From an uncultured Alphaproteobacteria bacterium (GTDB lineage Bacteria; Pseudomonadota; Alphaproteobacteria; Rhizobiales; Xanthobacteraceae), in NCBI GenBank assembly GCA_963820275.1, contig CAWFZL010000019.1:522-64521 (forward strand): DNA of 64,000 nucleotides. Reading direction: 5' to 3'. Shown here in pieces: positions 47,459 through 55,705 of the stretch; position 1 is the first letter of the stretch, and each line of letters begins with the position of its first letter. A program made the position numbers and the translations under genes. The notes beneath the pieces are model-generated. The model made no database searches, was not told the origin of the DNA, and worked only from the letters and a program-made list of their open reading frames with translations.

Positions 47459-47568
47459 CGACTTCCGAAATTGGCACCTTTCGGACATGGCTAATCGGGC
47501 CGACGATGTCCGATCCTGGCGGTGAAGTGGACCTCACGATTGCGACCGCGGACTTCGGTTTTTGACCC
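47459..47568 (+). repeat. dispersed ~110-bp repeat, copy A
   Basis: It starts CGACTTCCGAAATTGGCAC and ends TTTTTGACCC. It contains an 8-bp inverted repeat TCGGACAT...ATGTCCGA. Confidence 0.65.
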
Positions 47569-47918
47569 TCTCCGGCCAAGAGTCACACAATTCTTAATTT
47601 GGGAATACCCCCGACGCTACCGCCGCGCGTTATGTCCTCCGTTTGATCCGTTCTCGCGCAAAACTTCTGAAGACAGGCCACCAAGGCCTTGAGGCTATAT
47701 TTTCCTTTTGCTGTCGCTTCCTTGCAACGTTTGGAGGAATAACCTCGAAATCTTATAGGCAATAAAACACGCCAACAAATATTGGGGTGGCAAATTTTTG
47801 TCGCGTTTCTGATCGATTTTTCAGGCCCGTCAGGCAACTTATGGTTCGATACCTTAACGTTTCCTATCGGAGAAAATCCAATTCACCCCTGTCGTTTAAG
47901 CACTCGGGGTCAGTAAAG

Positions 47919-49451
47919 ATGTTCGATAAGCTGATAGCTCGCCTTGTCGTGTGTACGACTTTCGCGGCCGGACTACTCGCGACTGCCGGGCAAGCTTTAG
48001 CCGACGAGCCAATCGTAACCAAGGTGCCGACGGTAGCGTTGTCGACCACGTCCAGTGCCTGCACAAGTGTCTGGGGATTCTTTGTCACGAACTGCCCGCT
48101 GAGCTGGTATGGCGTCAGGTTCTACGGCACGATCGACGCTGGCGGTGGCTACCAAACTCACGGAGCACCGCTCGATCCGTATTTCGCGCAAGGCAGCTCC
48201 TACCTGGTTCAGAAAATGAACAGACAGGCGATGTGGACACTCGCGCCGGGGGCTCTCAGCACGTCGAATGTGGGCATACTGGTCGATGAGCCCTTTGCGC
48301 CCGGCTGGGCTTTCATCGGCCAACTCGAAGCCAGCTTCGATCCTTACTCGTTGGAGCTCAGCAACAGTCCGTACTCCATCGCCGGCAATCGAGGGGTGCC
48401 TCTCAATCTGCAAACTGCCAACAACGATTCGAGCCGCGCTGGCCAGTTCTACAATTCGGTCGGGTATATCGGCGTTAATTCCGACACGTTCGGCACGCTC
48501 ACCTTCTTTAGGCAAAATGCGCTCACCTTGGACGCCATTACCGCCTACGATCCAATGGGTGGCTCCTATGCTTTCTCGGCGCTCGGTTTTTCCAGCTCGA
48601 ATTGCGGCGCCGGTGACTCAGAAACCTGCCGCATTACCACCGCGATCAAATACCGGGTCAACATCGGCCCGGTACGCCTCGGGGCGCTCGCTCAAGTCGG
48701 GGGTTATGATCAAAACAATGGCTCAAACGGGGATTACGAAGGCCAAATCGGCGGTGATATACCGATCGGCGACTTCGGCTGGGGCACCGGCGCACTTTCA
48801 CTCGACGCGATCTACAAGTGGGAAAAAGATGCTGTAAACCTCTCGCTCGCGGGCGTTCCGACCAACGCTAACGGTCGTCCGATTGCGCCGTATCTGCCAC
48901 AAACGCTGACCGCAACGATCTCCAACAACCAGAGCGTGATGCTGGCTTCAAAGTATCGCGTAGGCCCGCTGCAGGTATACGCGGGTTACCAATGGTACCA
49001 GTTGGCGCCCCCCAGCGATCCCGTAAACACCGTGACCGGTTTTACGAACATTGGCGGCCTTCCCATGGGAAGCGCGTATGGCAATATGACAGCCGTCACG
49101 AACCTGGCTTATTCAGCCGGTTGTGCGGCTCGCACTACCTGCAGCGATAAAGTGATGCAAGTGATGTGGACAGGCGCGAAATATGCGGTCACCAAAGACT
49201 TGGATGTTGTTGGCGCCTATTATCATTACATCCAACACGACTATACATCGGCGAGTTGCGCCAATCCCGCGGCGCACTCGCAGTGCGCTGGTACATTCGA
49301 TGCTGTTTCCGCTGTGGTCGATTGGCGCTTCGCGCCGAAGTGGGATACCTACTTCGGCATGATGTTCTCGCAGGTGAATGCTGGCCTGTCGAACGGCTAC
49401 TTGGCGCGCAACAACTTCGATCCGACAGCCGGCGTGCGTTTTAGGTTCTAA
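47919..49451 (+). CDS. outer-membrane porin (Bradyrhizobium/Rhodopseudomonas-type)
   Basis: 510 aa counted from MFDKLIARLVVCTTFAAGLLATAGQALA (signal peptide). The body is Gly/Tyr/Asn-rich and beta-strand-like. The C-terminus is AGVRFRF. Confidence 0.85.
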   Translation: MFDKLIARLVVCTTFAAGLLATAGQALADEPIVTKVPTVALSTTSSACTSVWGFFVTNCPLSWYGVRFYGTIDAGGGYQTHGAPLDPYFAQGSSYLVQKMNRQAMWTLAPGALSTSNVGILVDEPFAPGWAFIGQLEASFDPYSLELSNSPYSIAGNRGVPLNLQTANNDSSRAGQFYNSVGYIGVNSDTFGTLTFFRQNALTLDAITAYDPMGGSYAFSALGFSSSNCGAGDSETCRITTAIKYRVNIGPVRLGALAQVGGYDQNNGSNGDYEGQIGGDIPIGDFGWGTGALSLDAIYKWEKDAVNLSLAGVPTNANGRPIAPYLPQTLTATISNNQSVMLASKYRVGPLQVYAGYQWYQLAPPSDPVNTVTGFTNIGGLPMGSAYGNMTAVTNLAYSAGCAARTTCSDKVMQVMWTGAKYAVTKDLDVVGAYYHYIQHDYTSASCANPAAHSQCAGTFDAVSAVVDWRFAPKWDTYFGMMFSQVNAGLSNGYLARNNFDPTAGVRFRF

Positions 49452-49618
49452 ACTGCAAAGCTTACGACTGTAGCGCTGCCAAAAAGACGAAGTCGCATGC
49501 TGCTGCTTCGATAGGTTGGCGTCGGTATCCGCGGGTGCTCTTGTCGCGAGCTCGCGCGATTTTGACAAACTGGATCCTCTGCTTCAACAGAGGTTGGAGG
49601 CTAACACAGGAGAGGTTC

Positions 49619-49906
49619 GTGCAAACGGGAATGCAGACTATCGCGTGGTCGCGTCCTGCGGCGATCGCAGCAGTGGCGGTGGGAGCGCTCTGGTGGCCGC
49701 TGCAGTCGGTAGCGTATGCCGATCAGCAATCAAACCGCCAGCGGCGGCAACAGCCGCCTGCCGCCGCAAACGCCTGGGCGGGGACGCCGCTTGAGGCGAG
49801 ATGCACCTGGCCGTACCGTAACCAGTTTCCGCCCTGTATGTCGACGTGGCCTGAGGGCGATCCGAATTATCACGGCTCCAGGTCCGGGCCGACTTTCAAC
49901 CGCTAG
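49619..49906 (+). CDS. small secreted Cys/Trp/Pro-containing protein, hypothetical
   Basis: The start is GTG 49619 (AGGAGAGG upstream) or ATG 49631. The signal peptide is MQTIAWSRPAAIAAVAVGALWWPLQSVAYA. The mature part is ~60 aa with 2 Cys. Confidence 0.5.
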   Translation: MQTGMQTIAWSRPAAIAAVAVGALWWPLQSVAYADQQSNRQRRQQPPAAANAWAGTPLEARCTWPYRNQFPPCMSTWPEGDPNYHGSRSGPTFNR

Positions 49907-50044
49907 GTCATAGTTGTCGTTGCTAGTTGCAACGAAGCAATGAGATTGTTTTGCGAGTCGCTAGGGATTGGCATCCTATAACCGTGTGGCTAGGCAACGA
50001 TCTCTTGCGGACCATCGCCGTAAGACTTACGACTTCGGCACCGC

Positions 50045-50156
50045 CGACTTCCGGAATTGGCACGAAACCGACATGCCGATGCAGTCGCCGCATGTCTGCT
50101 GTTAGGTGATGAACGGACCTAGCGTCGGGCGTGGCCCGAGGTCTGAAAAATGACCC
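50045..50156 (+). repeat. dispersed ~110-bp repeat, copy B (left part, interrupted by an IS)
   Basis: It starts CGACTTCCGGAATTGGCAC and ends AAAAATGACCC. A 32-nt block ATTGGCACGAAACCGACATGCCGATGCAGTCG is identical to copy C. It carries the inverted repeat GACATGC...GCATGTC. Confidence 0.7.
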
Positions 50157-51715
50157 TGGCTGTGCGAAAACGCTGTGCCGCTGTTATGATTCTCCCGTTG
50201 ATTCTGGGGGAATTGATGCGGCGCTTTGTGGAAGGGGCAGATCGTGGGCAATGGTCGCTATTGCCCGAATGCCTGGATGATTTCATTGACGAGAGTAATC
50301 CCGTTCGCGTGATCGACGTATTTGTCGATGCGCTCGATTTGGCCGAGATGAGCTTCGAAGGGGTTGAGCCGGCGGCGACTGGTCGGCCGTCGTACCACCC
50401 CTCGGTTCTGCTTAAGCTCTATATTTACGGTTATCTGAACCGGGTTCAGTCAAGCCGGCGGCTGGAACGAGAAGCTGGACGCAACGTCGAGGTTATGTGG
50501 CTTTTGGGTCGGCTCGCTCCCGATCACAAGACAATCGCGGACTTTCGAAAGGACAACAGCCTGGCGCTTCGCAAGGTCTGTGCACGTTTTGTCGAACTCT
50601 GTCGTGAGATGGGCCTTCTGGCGACGGCGAGCGTTGCCATCGATGGGAGCAAGTTCAAGGCCGTAAACAATCGGGACAAGAACTTCACAAAGGCGAAGGT
50701 GCAACGGCGGCGAGCTCAGTTGGAGGAGAGCGTCGGCCGCTATCTGAGCCAGCTTGACACGGCCGACCGGCAGGAGCCGACAGAAGCACTGGCGGCGAAG
50801 GTAGCAAGGCTCACCGAGAAATTGCCGAAGTTGAAGGAGGAGATGGACAAGCTAGCCGCCTATGAGAAGCAGATGCTGGCTTCGCCCGACCAGCAAATCT
50901 CTTTATCCGATCCCGACAGCCGATCGATGGCAACGAGCGGACGTGGGTCCGGCGTTGTCGGCTACAATGTGCAGGTCGCGGTCGATACCGAGCATCATCT
51001 GATCATCGCGCATGAGGTGACAAACACCGGTTCAGACCGGGCGCAACTCGCCAACATCGCCTGTCGTGCAAAGGCTGTCCTCGGCGTCGAAAAACTCGAA
51101 GCCGTGGCTGATCGTGGCTACTATAGTGGCGAGGAAATCCTCGCCTGCGACAAGGCGGGAATTGCGGTGACGCTTCCCAAGCCGATGACATCAGGTCTTG
51201 AGGCACGGGGTCGCTTTGGCAAACAGGACTTTGTCTATCTCAATGACGAGGATGCGTATCGCTGTCCGGCCGGCGAAAAGCTGATCTACCACTACACCAA
51301 CGAGGAAGACGACCAGCAACTACGACGCTATTGGACCAATGCGTGTCGTGACTGTGCACTCAAAGCTAGCTGCACAACCGGCAAGGAGCGGCGGATTACG
51401 CGCTGGGAGCATGAGCACGTGCTGGAGGAGGCACAGAGACGCCTCGACAACAACCCTCATGCCATGCGGCAGCGGCGGGAGACGGTCGAACATCCGTTCG
51501 GAACGATGAAAGCCCGCATGGGAGCGACGCACTTCCTGACCAAAACGCTCCCAAAGGTAGCTGCCGAGATGGCCCTCTCGGTCCTTGCATATAATCTGAC
51601 CCGGGTCATGAACATCATCGGGATCAAGCCGCTAATCGCTGCGATCGCAGCCTAAGTACACCCGCGTCTTTGGCTGCCAGGGCCGACACCCCTAAGGCCG
51701 TTTTGACACGGCCAA
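50157..51715 (+). mobile_element. IS1182-family insertion sequence
   Basis: The imperfect terminal inverted repeats are TGGCTGTGCGAAAACG (left) and CGTTTTGACACGGCCAA (right). A GACCC direct repeat flanks the element (50152-50156 and 51716-51720). It has a single transposase ORF. The ends are known to about +/-2 nt. Confidence 0.75.
50216..51655 (+). CDS. IS1182-family transposase
   Basis: 479 aa counted from MRRFVEGADRGQWSLLPECLDDFIDESNPVRVIDVFVD. Other blocks are GRPSYHPSVLLKLYIYGYLNRVQSSRRLERE and a central coiled coil. The DDE region has VAIDGSKFKA, VADRGYYSGEEI and HPFGTMKARMGATHFLT. Confidence 0.9.
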   Translation: MRRFVEGADRGQWSLLPECLDDFIDESNPVRVIDVFVDALDLAEMSFEGVEPAATGRPSYHPSVLLKLYIYGYLNRVQSSRRLEREAGRNVEVMWLLGRLAPDHKTIADFRKDNSLALRKVCARFVELCREMGLLATASVAIDGSKFKAVNNRDKNFTKAKVQRRRAQLEESVGRYLSQLDTADRQEPTEALAAKVARLTEKLPKLKEEMDKLAAYEKQMLASPDQQISLSDPDSRSMATSGRGSGVVGYNVQVAVDTEHHLIIAHEVTNTGSDRAQLANIACRAKAVLGVEKLEAVADRGYYSGEEILACDKAGIAVTLPKPMTSGLEARGRFGKQDFVYLNDEDAYRCPAGEKLIYHYTNEEDDQQLRRYWTNACRDCALKASCTTGKERRITRWEHEHVLEEAQRRLDNNPHAMRQRRETVEHPFGTMKARMGATHFLTKTLPKVAAEMALSVLAYNLTRVMNIIGIKPLIAAIAA

Positions 51716-51790
51716 GACCCAAGGCGGACGTCAAAACGGACCAGCCTCGATGACAAACCGCACATGCGGAGTGAAGGGCATCAGAACTGA
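51716..51790 (+). repeat. probable right-hand continuation of repeat copy B after the IS
   Basis: GACCCAAGGCGGACGTCAAAACGG continues the motif that ends the other copies. The extent is uncertain. Confidence 0.35.
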
Positions 51791-51810
51791 CCGCGGTTGG
51801 TCTGATCAGA

Positions 51811-52278
51811 CTACTTGTAGTAACCGACGCCGCATCCCAGGCCGGCGACCGCGGTAGCGAAGCTCGCCTTCGGCACCCACGCTTTGTCAGCGCCGGCCTT
51901 GGGAGACATGTAGCTGACCTCATTGACCTGGCCCTCTTTCGCCGCGTCATAGAGCCTTGGGCCATACACGTCGCCCGTAGGGTCCTTAAATGTCCTCGCG
52001 TCCTTGCCGAGCAACCCCTTGACGTTGGGATTGCCGACCGCGACCAGGAGTTCGTCGCTGAGATTGAAGCAGAACGGATAGAGGTCACCAACAAGGAAGC
52101 CGTTTTCGCCCTTGTTGATCTGGTCGAGCGTCTTGGCTTTATCGGCTTTGATGGCCGCAACCGTCTTTTCAAGCATGGCCTTGGCGTCCGCCGCAGTACC
52201 TTGCGCGAATGCCGTAGTCGAGAACACGACAGCCATAGCGCCTAGTGCGCCAATCATCAGTTTACGAAACATGGACAT
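51811..52278 (-). CDS. periplasmic single-Cache-like domain protein
   Basis: 155 aa with a signal peptide (MSMFRKLMIGALGAMAVVFSTTAFAQ). AKAMLEKTVAAIKADKAKTLDQINKGENGF...DLYPFCFN...GYYK is a pattern seen in small Cache/PDC-fold proteins. Confidence 0.65.
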   Translation of the reverse strand: MSMFRKLMIGALGAMAVVFSTTAFAQGTAADAKAMLEKTVAAIKADKAKTLDQINKGENGFLVGDLYPFCFNLSDELLVAVGNPNVKGLLGKDARTFKDPTGDVYGPRLYDAAKEGQVNEVSYMSPKAGADKAWVPKASFATAVAGLGCGVGYYK

Positions 52279-52410
52279 TCCTCCCTGCTATTCGAGCAAT
52301 TTGCAATTGTCATGCACCCTGCGCAGGCCAGCAGGACATCATATCCAGACATTGCCCCAATTGACCAGTCTGCTCGTGCCCGCCGACGAGCTGATAATTA
52401 GAGGCGGTGG

Positions 52411-52520
52411 CCATTTCCGTTATTGGCACGAAACCGACATGCCGATGCAGTCGTCGCACGTCCGTTGTAGAGGGAGAAAGGGACCTGGCCGGGACGCGAG
52501 TCGAAGTCTGAAAATGACCC
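52411..52520 (+). repeat. dispersed ~110-bp repeat, copy C (uninterrupted)
   Basis: It runs from CCATTTCCGTTATTGGCACGAAACCGACATGCCGATGCAGTCG to GAAAATGACCC, with the same length and block order as copies A and B. Confidence 0.7.
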
Positions 52521-52589
52521 CCAGAGCCTACTTCAAGGAATGTTCGGTAGACTAAGGCAGGCGCCGAAGCGAACTGCTTACCGTGCCCG

Positions 52590-52907
52590 TCATGCCACCT
52601 CGATAAATGCTGGCAGCGCCCGTTCAACCATCTCATCGGATGCTGTCAGACTTATTCGGAAGTAGTCGGGCGCATTCATCATGCTGCCGCGCAGGACAAA
52701 GACATCGCGATCTGCGAGCGCATTCCATTGTATGTGCGGATCGCTGTCCGTCCACTTGCTCCAAAGATAGAACGTGCCTTCAGGCGCAAGCACTGAATAT
52801 CCGGCACCCCTGAGTGTCGCCACAAGCCGGTAGCGCCGCCGCGTAAGCGCCGCCTGTCCGCGGTTTTTCCGCAATTGCTTCCGGACGTTCCTCGTCCACC
52901 AAACCAC
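52590..52907 (-). pseudogene. 3' remnant of a class I/II PLP aminotransferase gene
   Basis: Only the C-terminal ~90 aa are present (APEGTFYLWSKW...DVFVLRGSMMNAPDYFRISLTASDEMVERALPAF). There is no N-terminal or PLP-lysine part. The remnant abuts the GST stop codon. Confidence 0.65.
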
Positions 52908-52910
52908 AAA

Positions 52911-53537
52911 TCAGATTGGGAGCCGTACCGGTCCGCCCCGTTCGATCGCACGCTTGTAGGCGGGGCGTTGCTCAAGTCGCGCCATCCAGGCTTCTAGGGA
53001 CGCATACGGTTCGTGCAGCTTACCCATGCGGGCTATTTCGACAACGTAGGACATCTGGACGTCCGCGCCGGTGAAGCCCTCTGCCATGAGGTATCCGTTT
53101 CTAGCAACCTCGGCGTCAAGGTATTTCAGAATTTTGGCAATGTCCGGTGTGATGAACCCCTTCAGACCATCGGAGAGTCCGCCGGTGAACATGCCAAGAA
53201 GGTGGACGAGCAGAGGAAACATGGCTGATCCCTCCGCGAAGTGCAGTAGTTCGATATACCGCGCCCAGGAGGACCCGCCCGGCGCCGGAGCGAGCTTGCC
53301 GCGGCCATAGGTCGAGATGAGATACTCGATGATGGCGCCGGACTCCGCGAGCATCAGGGGGCCGTCTTCGATCACCGGGGCCTTGCCGAGCGGATGGACT
53401 CGCTCGAGCGTTTGCGGTGAGCGGAATGTGTTGGGATCCCGCATGTGACGCACAATCTCGTAGGGCTCGTTCAGCTCTTCCATCAACCAGATGACCCGGG
53501 TCGAGCGCGAGTGGTTGAGATGATGGATCTTGATCAT
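52911..53537 (-). CDS. glutathione S-transferase
   Basis: 208 aa counted from MIKIHHLNHSRSTRVIWLMEELNEPYEIV (GGGGAGGAA upstream). It has HPLGKAPVIEDGPLMLAESGAIIEYL and a helical C-terminal domain. The ORF is open to 53687. Confidence 0.88.
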   Translation of the reverse strand: MIKIHHLNHSRSTRVIWLMEELNEPYEIVRHMRDPNTFRSPQTLERVHPLGKAPVIEDGPLMLAESGAIIEYLISTYGRGKLAPAPGGSSWARYIELLHFAEGSAMFPLLVHLLGMFTGGLSDGLKGFITPDIAKILKYLDAEVARNGYLMAEGFTGADVQMSYVVEIARMGKLHEPYASLEAWMARLEQRPAYKRAIERGGPVRLPI

Positions 53538-53617
53538 GGTTTCCTCCCCTGAAGCAGATTCGTTATCGGCGTGAGCTTGGGACAGGGCGATCTTTTGCTC
53601 GCGCCGATAAGTTGGCG

Positions 53618-54109
53618 TTACTTCTTTTCCTGCATCTCGAAGCCGAGGAATTCGAACGGCTTGTCGCCGTTGATCCAGCCGTGCCACGTATGCGGGTGGA
53701 ACAGAAGGATATCATCGGGCTTGTATGTGACTTCGCCGTACTGTTTGCCGTCCTTGTCGTTCAAGGTCATCTTGCCAGCGCCGCTGATGACGTAAAGAAC
53801 GTATCCTTGTTCCGCAGGTGCCGCGTGAAGCGCGATCGAGCCGTTGGCGTCGACGTGCCCGCGCATGACATTGATGCCTTTGCTGATATCAATGCTGTTC
53901 GGCGGCACTTGATGGATTGCCGCATACTCGAAACCCTTGTTCGGCTTTGCGGCAATGTCTGGAATCGGAGCGAGCTTTCCAGGCTCCTTCTTGACCGCAA
54001 TCGCCTTGCCGCTGGGGTCGAGTTCAATGCTTGTCAGATCGCCGGCAACCGCCGGAGCAGCAATTGCGAGTGCCACCACCGCACCCAACCCATGGATTGG
54101 ACCGCGCAT
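53618..54109 (-). CDS. exported cupin-domain protein
   Basis: 163 aa with a signal peptide (GLGAVVALAIAAPAVAG). The cupin core is GSIALHAAPAEQGYVLYVISGAGKM...LLFHPHTWHGWIN. Confidence 0.75.
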   Translation of the reverse strand: MRGPIHGLGAVVALAIAAPAVAGDLTSIELDPSGKAIAVKKEPGKLAPIPDIAAKPNKGFEYAAIHQVPPNSIDISKGINVMRGHVDANGSIALHAAPAEQGYVLYVISGAGKMTLNDKDGKQYGEVTYKPDDILLFHPHTWHGWINGDKPFEFLGFEMQEKK

Positions 54110-54216
54110 TCTTCCCTCCCTCTTGCCATGAATTGTTTTGAATTATCGATCGACTGTTGTTCCGGGCTGCTTCGGAAGCAGCGCCCAGCCGTTGGAGTAT
54201 TCAGCAGACCTTCTGC

Positions 54217-54615
54217 TTAGACGCTGGTGCGCCCATCCAGGAAGATCTGACTGACCGGCTTGGCCAGAATCGGCTGCAGCTTTGGCACGATTTCCTTGAT
54301 ATCCGGCGTGACCATGTGGGCATCGAGGGCCGCCTTGTTCGTCCATCGCTCGTAAGTCAGGAAGCGACCCGGCTCAGCGATGACTTCCATCAGCACGTAT
54401 TTCAAACACCCCGGTTCCTTGGCGGACTTTTCCGCGTAGGGCACGAGCAATGCGCGGACTTCATCCGCCTTCTCCTTCGTGGATACGATTTCCGCGACTA
54501 CGAAGTAGCCGCTGTTATCTCCCGCGGCCTCGGCAGATGAAGACGTGAGAACTGCAGCGGCTACGCCGCCCAAAGCAGCGGTTCCGACGAAAGCCCGGCG
54601 ATCCATGTCCGACAT
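54217..54615 (-). CDS. ABM-domain (antibiotic biosynthesis monooxygenase-like) protein with a Tat-type signal
   Basis: 132 aa. MSDMDRRAFVGTAALGGVAAAVLTSSSAEA is followed by an ABM fold pattern (FVVAEIVSTKEKADEVRALL...EPGCLKYVLMEV...FLTYERWTNKAALDAH). Confidence 0.75.
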   Translation of the reverse strand: MSDMDRRAFVGTAALGGVAAAVLTSSSAEAAGDNSGYFVVAEIVSTKEKADEVRALLVPYAEKSAKEPGCLKYVLMEVIAEPGRFLTYERWTNKAALDAHMVTPDIKEIVPKLQPILAKPVSQIFLDGRTSV

Positions 54616-54717
54616 GATGGTTCCTCTCCCTTCAGTCTGTTGTTTTGTTTAAGCCAGCGCGCCGCAGGCAAAACTGGCTCCGTCCTTTCCCAATAGTCGC
54701 TAGGAGTTTTGAAAGAC

Positions 54718-54730
54718 GCAATTAGATTGC
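54718..54730. promoter_or_regulatory. candidate MarR/OhrR operator (inverted repeat GCAAT-TAG-ATTGC)
   Basis: A perfect 5-bp-arm palindrome lies in the AT-rich divergent intergenic region between 54615 (-) and 54903 (+). ACAATTTAA follows it. Confidence 0.35.
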
Positions 54731-54902
54731 ACACAATTTAATATGAGTCAATGATATTGGCTATGATGTAATAAAACCCGATTGGCTTGCGCAGCCGCAG
54801 GGCTAACTGTAAGATTTGGTTCGACTATCCCCATTATGTTCGCAAAGTAGGCGAACTGTTACCCAGTGAGTGGGTAAGGCAGTTGTCAGGGAAGCCCGTT
54901 AG

Positions 54903-55427
54903 ATGCGACGTCACGCGAAGAGAAAAACCTTGGATGTTCAAAGCTCCATTGCCCCCGTGGAAATGCCGGGGCTCGACAGCCATCTTTGCTTCGCGCTCTA
55001 CGCCGCCAGCAACCATATGACGCGTCTGTTCGTGCCTTTCCTCCAAAAGCTTGGCGTGACTTACCCTCAATATCTGGTGCTAGTTGTGCTTTGGGAGCGC
55101 GGCCCGCAAGGCGTCGGGGATCTCGCCTCACTGCTACGAATGGATTTTGGTACTCTTTCGCCAATGCTCAAACGGCTAGAGAGCAAGGAGCTGGTCACCC
55201 GCCGCCGGCAGGCCACAGATGAACGACGCGTACTCGTCGATCTAACGCCGAAGGGTGTTTCGCTTCGGAGACGAACCGAGCAGATGTTGGGTGAGTTTTA
55301 CTGCTTCCTGAACATGCCTCTGGAGGAACTTTTCGACCTGAAGGATCGCCTTCGCCATTTCGTAAATTCGGCGGGACCAAGGGAGATGAGGGCGACCCCG
55401 GTCAAATTGTCTGAGCGAGCCTTGTAA
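54903..55427 (+). CDS. MarR-family regulator, OhrR-like (redox-sensing Cys)
   Basis: LDSHLCFALYAASNHMTRLFVPFLQKLGVTYPQYLVLVVLWE matches the OhrR N-terminal block, including the sensing Cys. The wHTH is VGDLASLLRMDFGTLSPMLKRLESKELVTRRR. The start is uncertain (54903 or 54963). Confidence 0.8.
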   Translation: MRRHAKRKTLDVQSSIAPVEMPGLDSHLCFALYAASNHMTRLFVPFLQKLGVTYPQYLVLVVLWERGPQGVGDLASLLRMDFGTLSPMLKRLESKELVTRRRQATDERRVLVDLTPKGVSLRRRTEQMLGEFYCFLNMPLEELFDLKDRLRHFVNSAGPREMRATPVKLSERAL

Positions 55428-55705
55428 GCTAGCCGTATATCCATGAACGAGGAAGCGTGACTAGGGAGTCCGCTTGTGGCACGAACCGGACCAACTGGGT
55501 CGGTGCGCTTATGTCCGTTGATCGGGTAGACCGGAAGTGGCCGACCCACGCTCAGAACGGCGCGGAATGACCCCGAACGGACGCCCGGCGCGTTCGTGAA
55601 AATTGGCGGAACAACAACTCTAGCTCCTATTCGGATGTCCCCCAACAGTCTTAGTGATAGGCTCTCTCCTTGCCTAAGTACATCCTGAGCCGTTGAGGAC
55701 GCGCA

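Noticed and set aside
54110-54216. Hairpin GCTGCTT-CGG-AAGCAGC between the ABM and cupin genes, considered as a possible terminator.
   Set aside because: No U-run follows it on the transcribed (minus) strand. It may be an intercistronic stem, but the evidence is insufficient for a terminator call.
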